From: Selaginella moellendorffii
Lineage: Eukaryota > Plantae > Lycopodiophyta
Direction of reading: 5' to 3'
NCBI RefSeq assembly: GCF_000143415.4
Contig: NW_003314262.1
Coordinates: forward strand, 6,080,771-6,144,770
Length of the DNA stretch: 64,000 bases
The first letter of the stretch is position 1, and the number at the start of each line of letters is the position of its first letter. The notes beneath the pieces were generated by a model that made no database searches, was not told the DNA's origin, and worked only from the letters and a program-made list of their open reading frames with translations. Of the stretch, positions 21,406 through 34,200 are shown piece by piece. The translations under genes and the position numbers were made by a program.

Positions 21406-24400
21406 GATTGAGGGAATATTCGTGATTCCCTCTTAGGTGTCGTTTTTTATTAGTCAATAAGAGAGACGCCAAGCAGGTCCCGGGCGTAGCACCAGCAGCG
21501 GTTGGCATTCCAGAGTACATTCGTGATTTTCTATCCCGAATATGGTATTGGAGCAGGATCATGTCCCACTCTGAAAAAGAAAGATGGCACCCCCTCGATG
21601 GCAAAGATTTCCAGTCATGGAAAACTCAGATGCTATTTTACTGAATGGAAAAGGATCTCTAGAGCGTGATCTAGAGCAGCCTCAAGCCAGAGGACAATGC
21701 GGATGAGAAAAAGGAGTGGGACACCAAGAACAACAAAGCTTTAGTGGTCTTGGGACGAGGCCTCAGAAAGAAATATAGAAGCTACCTTGACATTGACAAG
21801 ACGGCAAAGGAAAACTGGGATGCTGTGTGTGTGATCCTTGGTACAACAACCAGAGCAAGATTGTTGGAACTCAAAACAGCTGTAAACAAGGGGAGACAGA
21901 ATCCATAAGTGATTTTGCCAGTGCTCTTGTTGACATCACCAAGCAAATCGATGCAGTTCAAATAAGGACTTTGATGAAAATGAGTTGATCACAATTTTCT
22001 TCAAGGCGCTTAAAGGACCAATGTAGGGTCGCATCATTTAAGTTCTAGTAACACTTTCAGCTAAATGGTAGCCGATCTCACAGTGTTAGAGGGTTTTCTC
22101 AAGTCAGGGCAAGTGAGCTTGAATGAGAAAGAATTGGCACTCTTCACAGGATAAAGGAATGATCTGTCACAAGGTGGGACAAACTAGGACCAACGAATGA
22201 TCTGGGCAAGACCAGCAAACCAGAAAAGTTCAAGAAGAAAAAGAAGAATAATTGCTGTAACATTTGCAAGAAACCAGGGCACTGGGCACGAGATTGCACA
22301 GACGAAGAGGCCAAGAAAGCTAAGGAGGCATGAAAAGCTGAGGCAAAGAGAGTGGCAGCAAAAAAGAACAAGTCGGCCAACTTTGCTAAGACAGCAGAAA
22401 GTAATGAGGATGACAATTAGGAGGACATGGTTGACCATGGTAACTTATTCATCAAAGAACACTCTTGGTATAGAAGCAGAAGTGGTGTACCTTGATTCTG
22501 GGGCAAACAAACACATGACACACCTCAGGAAATTTTTCACCACGTTGAAGAAAGTTCCAGGAAATAAGCGAATTTTTCTTGGTGATAACTACTCATACAG
22601 TGTTGGGACAATTGACATCAAGCTGCCAATAGGACAGATTGCCAGTGTGAAAAATGCTTCAAGACACTCTTTTCAATGGGAAAGATTGTTAATTGTGATC
22701 TGGAGATCACATTCACAAAGAGGATGTGTGCAATCACAGATGTGAATGGAAAGAAGACAAGCTGATCTCTATCAACTTAATGCCAAGGTGGTGCAGCCAG
22801 TAAAAGCTCTCTTTGCTAAACCACCACAGTTTTCTCTCACGAAGTAGCTGCGGATGACTTGAAAGAAAGTGACAACGAATTTCCAGTTAGGGCACGCGCA
22901 ATCACACGAGGCAGAGCTGAAGGAGCCGGTGAGGGGAATGGAAGCGGCGACCAGGATGATCCAGGAGGCAACGAGGATGGTGCAGAGAGCGTGGATGGTG
23001 CTGGAGGCGATCCAAATGGAGGTGAGGGCTTGCTCCCTGAAGCTGAGGGCTTGCTCCCTAAAGCTGAAGGCTTGCCACTCGACACAGCAGGCATTGGAAC
23101 CAGTGGGAGCACTAGGATAGCAAACCCGAGGAAGACCACGGTGGTGAGCGCACTGTTGGCAAGACCAGGGCTAAAAATAGTGAGGGCAGTTTGAGACGTT
23201 CTGGCCGTGAGCGCGCACTCACAGAGGCTGGGCGTCAATACAGGGAGCAGCTGGACATAGCGGGCTTCTCGGCAAGAAACCAAGGCTGCTAGAGACCGAT
23301 CAGTGACAGTGCCAATTCCTGAGACCTCTTACGATCCAGTCTTTTATTTTGCCAACTCTAGCATGGAGGAAGAAGGGGAGCAAGGCGAGAACCAGCTTCT
23401 CCTTCTCTTCAGCCGAAGACCATGGAAGAAGCTCTTGCCGGACCTGATGCGGATCAGTGGCACACTACTCATCAAGCTGAGTACAGCTCATTGAGACCTG
23501 GGATCTTGTGGAGCTGCCACCTGGGAGGAAGGTGATCAAGACCAAGTTCCTCTTGTGGCTCAAGACAAGACCTGATGGAGACACGTGCTACAAAGTCAGA
23601 TTTGTTGCGAGAGGATTCTCACAAGTTGAAGGAGTCGACTTCTATGAGACCTTTTCACCAGTGGTGAAGCTCACATCAATTCATTCAACTTCTCTACGAC
23701 TTAGCAGCTCACGGAGACATGCCCGTCGAGCACATGGATGTGACGACGGCGTTCCTGAATGGTGACTTGGAGGAGGAAGTCTACATTGAGCAACCAGCCG
23801 GATTTATTGCCAAAGGACGAGAGCACCTGGTGTCCAAGCTCAAGAAGGCCCTCTATGGCCTGAAGCAATTGCCTTGTGCCTGGTACGCAAAGATGAACTT
23901 GTTTCTTTTTGCCCTTGGCTTCTAGAGTCTCTCTGCAGACACTAATGTGTATATTAAGCAAGTGGTGCTGTTGGCTTTGTACGTGGACGGCTGCTTGCTC
24001 CTCAGCAAAAGCAAGAAGCTGATTCATCAACTGAAGAAAGATCTCAGCTCGAGATTCAAGATGGTGGACTTTGGGAGCATCAAGTACTGTCTTGGCATCC
24101 AAATCTTTAGTGACAGGAGGAAGAGAAATGTCTCAAAAGAAGTATATTGAGGAATTCTTCTAGAAATTCAAGCTTAGTGATGTCAACTCTGCATCAACGC
24201 CAATGGAAGTTGACATGCACCTCAGTAAGGACATGGCACCTTAGATGGAAGCAGCAAAAGCAGTGATGGAGAGGATCCCATACAGGCAGATGGTTGGCAA
24301 TTTAGTCTACCTCATGGTTTGTACTAGGCCAAACATTGCCTATTCAGTGGGAGTGGTTTCGCAGTTCCTGGCAAATCCCACCCAGCTTCCAGCACTGGCA

Positions 24401-25009
24401 GGCAGTTAAGCATGTGTTTCATTACCTGAAGGGGACAGCCGATTATGTTTTGTGCTACACAAAACAAGAGCAGCCTCAACTCAAGCTGTGGGGATTCTCG
24501 AATGCAGACTGGGCAGGGGAAGTTGATCAGTGTAAATCAACTTCTGGCTATGTCTTCAGCCTGGGCAGCACAGCAGTTACATGGAGCAGCCAGCGACAGC
24601 CAATCGTGGCTCTCTCGAGCACAGAGGCTGAGTATATCGGGATGACCCAAGCAGCCAAGGAAATTCTTTGGCTCAGGACTCTGCTGAACGGTCTAAGCTA
24701 CAAGCAAGGGGAGGCAACGGTTCTGCATTGCGACAATCAAGGAGCTATTGCCTTGACGAAGAATCCAAGATTTCATCACAGGACAACCACCAGCAGTGTT
24801 CGCGCGACACGTACAAGCTCTGGGCGTGAAGACAAGAAGTATCGCGAGCTCAACTTGAGTGGGAGTATTGAGGGAATATTCGTGATTCCCTCTTAGGTCA
24901 AGTTGACCCCGTCATGTCTGTTCAATAAGAGAGAACCCGGCAGGCCCCGGGTGTAGCGCCAGCAGCGGCTGGCATTCCAGAGTACACTTGTGATTTCCTA
25001 TCCCGAATA
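21406..25009 (+). mobile_element. Degenerate Ty1/copia LTR retrotransposon (LTRs ~21406-21542 and 24866-25009)
   Basis: Direct terminal repeats; PBS TGGTATTGGAGC (tRNA-Met-like) at 21543; PPT TTGAGTGGGAG; gag (LDGKDFQSWK, CNICKKPGHWARDC), protease YLDSGANKHMT, RT (YKVRFVARGFSQ, MDVTTAFLNG, LYVDG), RNaseH (ADWAG..SSTEAEY); many stops and frameshifts. Confidence 0.92.
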
Positions 25010-27864
25010 GGTGTGAGACTCCATCACCTCCCCTCGCTGAGGTTTTGTACCAGCTTCAGAGAGCTCCAGGCACGGACCTTGTCTCGTCCGGGAGTGACTG
25101 ATTCCAAAAACTTGCTGGTTTCCACCAACTCGGTAGTGTCAGATATATTAGATGACCTGGCGCTTCCTAAAGGTAAGAAAGAGTCTTGTCTTCCAAGTGA
25201 CGCATTTTTTAGCTTCTGCCTTTCTTATATAAGGTCGGTTGGGGCTAGCGAAAGACAGGAGAGGGTGTCACCATGGGAGATAGAGCCATTTATTGCTCCC
25301 AATGTGACTCCCCCGGTTTCAACGAAGAGATTCACGATACTCTCTACATGCACTTTTAATTCACGGTTGGTCTAGTCAGTCGAAAGTCATACGACAATCA
25401 TCTTCGTCAGATCCTACAGGCCAACCGTAATTTACATCTCACAAGTACGAGGCTGACGAGAGGGAAAACTTTCTCCTGAAGTTTCCTACAGCTCTCTATT
25501 CTGAGGGCTGAAGTAAATCCAAGATTGCCAAGCCCCGGAAAGGAGGGGCTACCATCTCATCATAAAGGCGATATGCACCAGCAGCATCTTAGGCTTCACT
25601 TATCAGCAAGCAGCATTAAGTTGCCCAGTCTACTTGTAGCCTCAACATATGATCTCTTCGAATGCTTCACGGCTTTTCGCCTTCACTAGCTTCACGGCAT
25701 TTTCAGCTTCACGGCTTTTCGCATTCTCTATGGATGGGCCAGCACCGTCAAAGACAACGTCGACAAGGATCTCGAGTTGGAAGCTTCCGGCTTCAGGAAG
25801 TGTTTTCCTGGCCAGAACTGGAACCAGCAGCAGCAACAACAGCAACCAAGCAGGACGTGCACCAAAGTAAGATCTCATTCTCTATTTGAAGCGCCCGACT
25901 TTGAATCTCTTCTACTTTTCAAAGGTTCACAAACACGGTGCAATGGGACGAGCTTTGGACTTGTCCAAGTTTCGGCGATACACGCAACTCCTGGAAGAGC
26001 TGCAGCACCTGTTCGGCACTGACGAGAACCTGAACGTCCGAGTGGCAAGAAGAAAGAGTGCTAAGATGATATGCTCGATCAAACAACTCAAACAGGCTAA
26101 GTGCAAAACAACGGTCTAAGGAACTCTCAATGCGAAGGGAAACTTGTGAATAACAAAACTAACGATCTTTGAAAGTTGATGATACTTACATTCATGTTGT
26201 CAGGTTTGTGTGTCTTTCAATTTGTTCTAATTTCTTGTCAATTTTTTGAAAAACACAAGTGACGTGTTGGTGCTGCTCAACCACGATAAGAACGCTGTGT
26301 CCAAGAAGAAAAATGCTACGAGATTGGAGAGATTTTGTGTCAACGTTTTGGAGAAATTATCAGCACTTTGAGTTATGTTGTTGCTGGGCTCAATGCAAGA
26401 CCTGGGAAACAACGTTTGGCACCTGCAATCTTCAGAACTTCAATCCAGCTGAAGGCGACAATGATCCAACCTCAATGAAATCAACGATCATGAAAACTCC
26501 GAAGGCAAAGGAATGTGCATAGCGTGAATTTACATGAGAGTCAACTCATATACTGTTTGTCTAACTAGGATGTTTGATGTTCAACGAAATGGAAGTTGAA
26601 GTTTAACAATGAGCTGTTTGTTCAACGAACTGGACAACACGCTTCAACCTTCCAGGTTTATGTTCTCTTTAGTGTTTCTCTAACTTCTTTTTGTTTTTGC
26701 AACGCCATGAAATTGCAACGGTGCCATAGAACAACGTTCCAGGGCCAGCTTAGATGGAAGTTTACGCTTTGGCAGTGGCAAAACCAGATGATCTATACAA
26801 AGCCCTGTGGTTTCCTTGAAAAGAAATGAATACATTTACAAAGTTGCAAACATATGTCGAGTAGTTATTGCAAAAAACACCAAAGTAGCTTGTGAGCTTC
26901 CCAGAGACGAGCGTCTGGGCGCTGTGGCAGCTACCTCTTGTAGCTGGAAGACCTCGGGCTCGTCACTTCCAAAACTTCCAAGCCGATCCCCTCTGGCGTG
27001 AGCACGAGCATCTTCGTGTCCTCCGTCCACGGCCGAGGAATTTCTTCCAGTCCAGTCGAGTGTTTTCATCCAGTCTTTGGTCCAGCCTTGCCACTAGCGT
27101 GCCTCTGGCTCCCTGGCCTTCGGGAGTAGACTCAAAAGCTCGAGCTCATCTCCGCTTTTCAGGTAATCGAGCTCGTGCCTTCAGGAGCATAACGTCTTCT
27201 GTTCGAAGTTGCAGTATCACGGGCAGTCTCGGTCTCCTTGGTGTACTGCTGGTTGGTTGTATCTCTCCACAAAACTCACAACCTTTTCCTGGATCGACTC
27301 AGGGACGTCGCCACCTTGGAGCCGAGACGCAAACGCGAGACTCTTTTCGCAGTCCCTAGAAAATGCTCCAGAACACCCGACGCCAGTTCGCCAGGATCCG
27401 GGATCGGACTGCTCCATCCAAAATGCTGGCTGCGACACGGTTAGCCTCTGGTTCTTCATAGCCGAGCTTGCTCAGGAACACTTCCAGCGGAGCCAGTAGA
27501 GACTTGTATTGAGCTCTCACGCAGTCGAGGATTGCCTCAGCCGACAATGGTGAGAGAGCTAGAGCAAACGCGGTTCAAGACGAGGAAAGGGAGGCAGTCG
27601 GCAGAGCTCCAGCACGTAGAAAACTGGCTGCAAAGTCGCAAAGCTGTTCCAGCCTGCGCGAGGAGTGTCTTGATCCTTATACCAAGCTTCCGGCGAAGTC
27701 GCAAGGTCGGAAGAAGGCCACTCGCACTGGCAGCGTTTGTCACCTCCGCTGTAGCGTCGTGGAGTGCTTTGTTAAAGACTCCTACGTAGTCTCCGGGCCT
27801 GGCTTTGGTTTCGTCCTGTGACGAGTTTAACGTAGACTAGAGCTTTTCTGCCACCAATCCATCT

Positions 27865-29640
27865 TTGACAAGAGACTCCATCTCCTGGAACGCGATCATC
27901 TCGGGGTATGTCCAGTGCGGCCATGGCGAGGAACCTCTGGAGCTCTTTGAGAGAATGCAGCGAGACGAGACGGTGGCACCGGCGGCTCAGACCTTCGTCG
28001 TGAAGATCAAGGCTTGCCGGGCCTTGGGCTGGCTCGAAAAGGGACAAGAGAACCACAAACAGGCTTCCAGGAGCAAGGTCGAGCTGGATCTCTTTGTGGC
28101 AAACAGCCTTTTGGACATGTACGCTAGCTTTGAACTCGAGATGTGGTCTCCTCGACGTGTGTGATCTCCGGCTACGCGCAGCTCGGCGATGGCGAGCGAG
28201 GCCTGCGCTGCTTCTTCCAAGTTCCCGAGCCTACGTTGCCGTTTTTTAAAAGCTTGCATCGCTCTCGCGATCCAGCAGAAGGGCCGGCTCGTCAAAGGCA
28301 AGGTGGCGAGGAGCGTCGCACTCGAGCGAGCGAAAGCCCGGACATCACCAGCTGGACGTGATCGCTTCCAACCTTGATCGACTTGTACGAAGCATGGCCG
28401 ACCAGTGGGATCGGCATTCTAAGCTAGGTGTCTGGGTAACTTCGTGCGAGCGAAGCTAGGGCAAAATAACTACAAAGCGGCACTATAAAAAGAGAGAGAG
28501 AGAGAGAGTTATGTGGGTAGAAAATTTCCTTCTAAGGCTTACTGTTTCCAATCAGTCAATCGTCGCGACTAAGAGAAAAAGGGCAAACCTATGAACAGCG
28601 ATCTTAATCGAGGGAGCCTACATTGTTCCAGGGAGCTCACAATTTCACGGCAGAGCAGGCTAGAGGGACGATTTGATCCAGGGTTTCAGGTTTTCGACAG
28701 GATGACCAACAGGAATGTGGTGTCTTGGACCGCGCTGATCCTCGGATACGCCCGAGGTGGCGATGGCGAGACAGCCCTCCAGCTCTTTCAAGTCGTGAAG
28801 AACAGTGGCATCGCTCCAAACGCTCTGATCACGTACAGCTCCGTGCTGAGAGCTTGCGGGAGCGTTGCGGCAGTGGATATCGGCAGGGCGATCATCCGAA
28901 AGGCGGGGCTGGAGCTTGAGCCAGCCTTCTCATCAGCCAGTCAAGTCCGGAAGCATGGGCGAGAGTGGTGTTTGACACAGCTCCGGTGAAAGATCTGGTA
29001 ACTTGGCCGGGGGCGACGTCGGTCGAGTGCTGGAAACCTTCCACGCCATGCGCAAGGCTCGAGTTCCTCCACACCTTCCTCTTCATTCTCACGGCTTGCA
29101 GCCATGCGGGGCTCGTCGAGAAAGGAAGAACTTACTTTCAGCTCATGAAGTCTCCGGAGTTTGGGCTCTCTCCAGCGACGGAGCACTACACTTGCATGGT
29201 GGACTTGCTGGGACGAGCAAAGCGGCTGGACGACATGCCTTGCGAGCCCGACATGATGGCGTGGATGACGATCCTGGTGGCGTGAAAGCTGGAAGAGCAG
29301 CGTTTAAGGAGGTGTTGAGGTTCGATCGGGACGATGCGGCGGCGTGCGTTCTCATGGCGGGGATTTACTCCGCGGCAGGAATGCTGGCCGAGAGTTTGGA
29401 GGTGGAATCCATGAGAAGGCAGGCGAAAGCGTGCAAGAAACCCGGGCAGAGCTGCGAAGAAGTTCGTGGCCGTGGACTGAGCCACGACATCTCGGACGAG
29501 GAAAAGGTGGCGGCGATTGGATGCGCACGCCAGTTTGCAAGGACTATCACAGCGCCACGGTCGTGCTGGAAGAAGGTGGTGACGTGACGTGAGCCGGTCT
29601 CATGTCTTTGGGAATGGCCGGTGTTCCTGCGGTGATTTCT
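27865..29640 (+). pseudogene. Fragmented PPR-E-DYW pseudogene
   Basis: PPR motifs in several frames, HYTCMVDLLGRA, KKPGQS (PG box), HDISDEEK and PVCKDYHSAT (DYW remnants); interrupted at ~28400-28680. Confidence 0.75.
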
Positions 29641-30169
29641 GAAGCTTTTGTATCTAGAATTCATGGAGTTCACGGATAGATCATCCCAATACACGCGTGG
29701 AAAACAGACTCGACCACTGCCAAACTTCCAAGAGCCAAGCGCTGCTTTGCCTCGATCCGCGTACCAAAACTCTCGAAAGATCCACGCCATCTCCAATAAA
29801 AATGGTAGAAGAAGCTCTGTGCAACCAAATCCCTCGTTTAGGCATGAACTGCAAAAACCATCTTTGATCCATGACACGATTAGGTTTTTAGAAAGGTGTG
29901 TCATGATCTCCTTGCATCTACTACCTTCTCTACCGTGGCCAGCTTGAGGACGTTGGCGAGCGTCTCGTAGCGCTGCTCGCGGATCATCCAGATCCGGAAG
30001 AGTGGAGGCGGCTGCTCGACAAAGCCGTCTTCGTCCACGTGATCACACGTCTCCCTCACGCTCTCTCTTGCCCAGAAGACTTGTGGCGCCTGCTCAACAA
30101 GGACGTCTTCATCCAGGTAATCTGTGTGTGTCTTGGCCGTCGAGTCTAACTCTTCAAGTGTGTGGTAGA

Positions 30170-31133
30170 CAGTGCCAAGGAAAAGAGAGAAGCGAGCATC
30201 AACCTTCGGACGAGATCATCGACGCAGCCCGCGACTACGTGCTTGCTGATGACCGGCGCAAACGATCATACCTAGAAGATATGGGGCGAGGGCAGTATGC
30301 CTACAATAGCGTGGATGCTGCTGTGATGCCGAGGATGGCTGCCATCCTCGAGGACCCAGTCCAGTTCCGGGACTTCATCCGGAACGAGGAGGGGAAAATA
30401 GGAGGAGGAAACGGGTGGGCATTTCTGTGCCGGGACATCAAGTGCTACGAGCGACTTTGGTTTCGCTTGCTCGAGCTGGGCGTGTTTGTGTCGAATCAAT
30501 ATCCGGTGATGGAGCCGCCGCAGCACGATCTCTTCATGGAGTACATCTACATCGTCGACTTGGATTCCGGGACTTTCTCGGTCAGCGCCTGCCATGTTGT
30601 AAATTCGGGTACCTCCTGGAAGGTAAGCGTTTCTGGATTCCATGTCGGGAGCTTGTTCTTGTGTCTTTGTGTAGATGGGGAAGATCCCCAAGAACTGGTT
30701 TCGGCGCCTCCTAGTTCCAGTGCCCTGGATCGAGCTAGCCATTGCGTACTCGCCCGCTGTTAAGAGGATCGTCCTGGAGAGGCTCAACCGCAGTGAGAAC
30801 TTTCTGTTTCGCATGGTGGTCGACAAGCTCAGCGCTCCATACCAGAGCTTCCACGAGTGTCTCAACATCCTGCAGCTCATCCAGAAGTTTTTGTTTGCCA
30901 AGAACAGTAATAATCTTTATGCCAAGGTTACTGTGAACCAGCTGGTGCGTTCACTGTCAGCAGTTGATCAGTCTCAGGCGGTAAGAAACTCTCCTCTTGA
31001 AAGTGTTTTACACAGATTCTTTGTTTTCTTACAGGTGCCACAAGAGGACAAGGATATTGAGGAAAATGATTTGGGGGAAGAGGGAAACCTTGCATTGCAC
31101 ACGGTCTTAGAGGTCCTGCTTTTTAGGTCGTGA
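30170..31133 (+). CDS. Orphan multi-exon gene or gene remnant of unknown function (5' end uncertain)
   Basis: ORFs joined in frame by GT-AG intron 30623-30674 (..DLFMEYIYIVDLDSGTFSV..SWK|MGKIPKNW..); second probable intron ~30981-31034. Confidence 0.5.
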
Positions 31134-31274
31134 AAAGTGTAATTTGATTCGTAAAATATTCTGTGATTTCTCTAATTTAGATTGCTTGGCATATATTCTA
31201 AAATAATTTGTTGTAAGTTGCTTGATTTGCTTAATTGTAGTGTTATTGAATAATCCAATTGATCAATCATATTT

Positions 31275-34200
31275 TGTGAGTGCTTGGAATATGGAAGAAA
31301 GGGAATATAGAAATGTGCATATTAATTAGCCCCAAAACCCTAGTTTATATACAGGAGCGAATGGTCCAGATTGAAACCAATCCAACGGTTACCAAAATCC
31401 CACTACGCTAATATTAATATACGACATCGTAATCATACACTTCGCCCTCACATCATCCCCTCCCCTCGGGATAATGGAAGACCATCAGGGTTCTCTTGAA
31501 GATGGGCCGGGATCCGGAGGAACGTTAGGAGGAGGCATCGGTGGATCTGTAGGTGGTAATAACTCCTTCTGATCCCTTTGTACGAAGTGTTTTAGCCGCT
31601 GCACATGCACAATCTTTGGAGGATTGGCCTGCTGAACGTCATGCCGAACCCCATAAACTTGTGGTCCAATTTGTCGCAACACTCGATACGGTCCTTTCCA
31701 CTGCGCAAGAAACCCCTTAGATAAACCACATACCATAAGATGGGGAAAATGGACTAACACCAAATCATCCACTTTATACTCCGCAGGTGGACGATGATGG
31801 GAGTTGTAGCGCCGTTGTTGTCCCACTTGTACGCGGCCTAAGTGTTTGGCAGACTCTGCTCGGACAAGTGGAAGAATGCTCGTCAAATACTGATCCCATG
31901 ATCTAGCATTGGCAGCACGTGGCAATCACGAAGGCAAACCCAGCTCCGTTGGTAATATTGGATCATGACCATATAGGAGTTTATATGGTGAAGCACCAAC
32001 AGAATTCTACACCCCTGTAACATATGCATACCGAAGAGACGGCAAATAACCATCCCAATCCGAATGCTGAAAGTTCACATACTTCGCAATCATCCCTTTG
32101 AATGTCCGAATAAGCCGTTCCACCAGACCGTCTGATTGTGGATGATAAGCACTCGTGAAAGTGTGGCATATCCCTAACTGAGACATCAAAACATGAAATG
32201 CCTCAGCCATAAATGCAGAATCATTATCCGAAAGAATCCGCTCTGGACAAGAATGCTGGAACACCACTCGATTGAGGAGGAAGTATTCAACAGCAATTGC
32301 AAAGGCGCTAGCAAGAGCACCAACTTCCACCCAACGAGTCAAGTAGTCAGAAACAATAATAACATACTCATTGCCAGCAGTCGACCGTGGAAAAGGTCCC
32401 ATAAGATCAAACACCACTAACTCAAACGGACAGGAAACCGTAATTGACTTCAACCATCCTTCCGCAGCATGAGGGGGAGTATTACGAGTTTGGCACCAAA
32501 TGCAGCTACGCACATACCGAATAATATCACGTCGCATCTCCGGCCAATAGAAAGACCTGCGTAGCTTCTCGGTGACACGACGGTGTCCCATATGCCCATC
32601 TAGAACAGGAGAATCATGGTAGGCATGGAAAATTCGCAGAATAAACACCGAAGGCACCACCAGCTGTAAATGATCATTAGGATCCGTCCCCACAAAATAA
32701 AGAAGGCCATCGTCAAGGCGATATTGAGAATGTAAATGCCGGAAAGGCAAGTCATCATCAAGGGATGTAGGATTCTCAAACCCATCTTGAAGCCTTCGAA
32801 TCCACAGCTCAATATTTTGAGCCTCACGAACCTCATCAAGAGAAGGTAGATCTTGCTCTGCACCTTGTGGACACTGAACGTCAAGGACAGCAACCGCTGA
32901 CGGCACAGAATCCTCATCTAGAAAATCCACAGATGCTGGAACAACAGGTTCGTCAGAAACATGAGAAGTGAGTGGAGAAGGAAGAGGAGCTCGAGAAAGG
33001 GCATCAGCATCAGCCATAGAACTCCCTGGGCGATGAACAACATCGAAATCATATATCTGAAGCTTCAAAGCCCATCGAGCAGTACGACCAGCCAGGTTCT
33101 TCCGCTTCAATAATGAAGTAACAGCAGCATGGTCACCTTCAAGTAACGTCCGAGAACCATGTAGATAGGCATGAAGTTTCTCGAAACCCCAGACTGCTGC
33201 TAAACACTCTTTCTCCGTCGTGGAGTAGTTCATCTCCGCTAGTTGTAATGTACAGCTTATGTATGCAATGGGATGGCGCTGACCCGGCACACTCGAGCTC
33301 TCTTGCATCAACACACCTCCAAGACCAATGTCAGAAGCATCCACGCACAAAATAAAAGGTCGAGTGTAGTCAGGATATGCCAAAACCGGAGGAGTCGTCA
33401 ATAGTTCTTTGAGATCCACAAACGCTCACTCACAATCCGGAGACCAGATGAAAGATGACGTTGATGACTTTAGCAACGCTCGCAATGGTGTAGTGCGATC
33501 GGAAAGATGATCCACAAAACGACCGAGATACTGCACCTTACCCAAAAAGCGCTGCACATCATTCACACACTTCGGAGTAGGGAACTTTAGAACAGCCACA
33601 AGTTTGTCAGGATCAACTTGCAAACCCTCACGAGAAATACGGTACCCAAGATAAGTTGTGTCCTTGGACCCAAACACGCACTTTGACCGCTTCAGCTTTA
33701 AACCAACGTCGTGTAGCCGATCCAACACCTTACAAACATCATGAACGTGCTCCTCCCACGTCCCCTTCGAGTGGATCAAGACATCATCAATGAAGTCAGC
33801 AGTCACCTCTGGCATATCGCAAAGAACCTCATCCATCATCCGCTGGAAAGTTGCTGGAGCATTGTTCAAACCAAACGGCATCACCAAGAACTCGTACAAA
33901 CCAAATGGTGTACGAAAAGCAGTCTTAAGAATATCTTCTTCGGCCATCGGTACTTGCCAATACCCAGAAGCAAGATCTAGCTTGGTGAACCAACGACTTC
34001 GCCCCAGATGATCCAAGAGATCAGTAGTGTGAGGAAGAGGATACACATCTAAGATCGTCACTTCGTTTAATGGATGATAGTCAATGCAGAAACGAATACT
34101 CCCATCAGGCTTTGTCACAAGATGAGGTTCACATGCCCAAGGACTCTGCGACTTCTGAATAACACCCTTCTCCAGCATTTCCTTGACATTTGCTCGTAAA

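Noticed and set aside
25013-27790. Short ORFs including a signal-peptide-like one (25642-25878, -)
   Set aside because: Fragmentary and stop-interrupted; no family could be assigned
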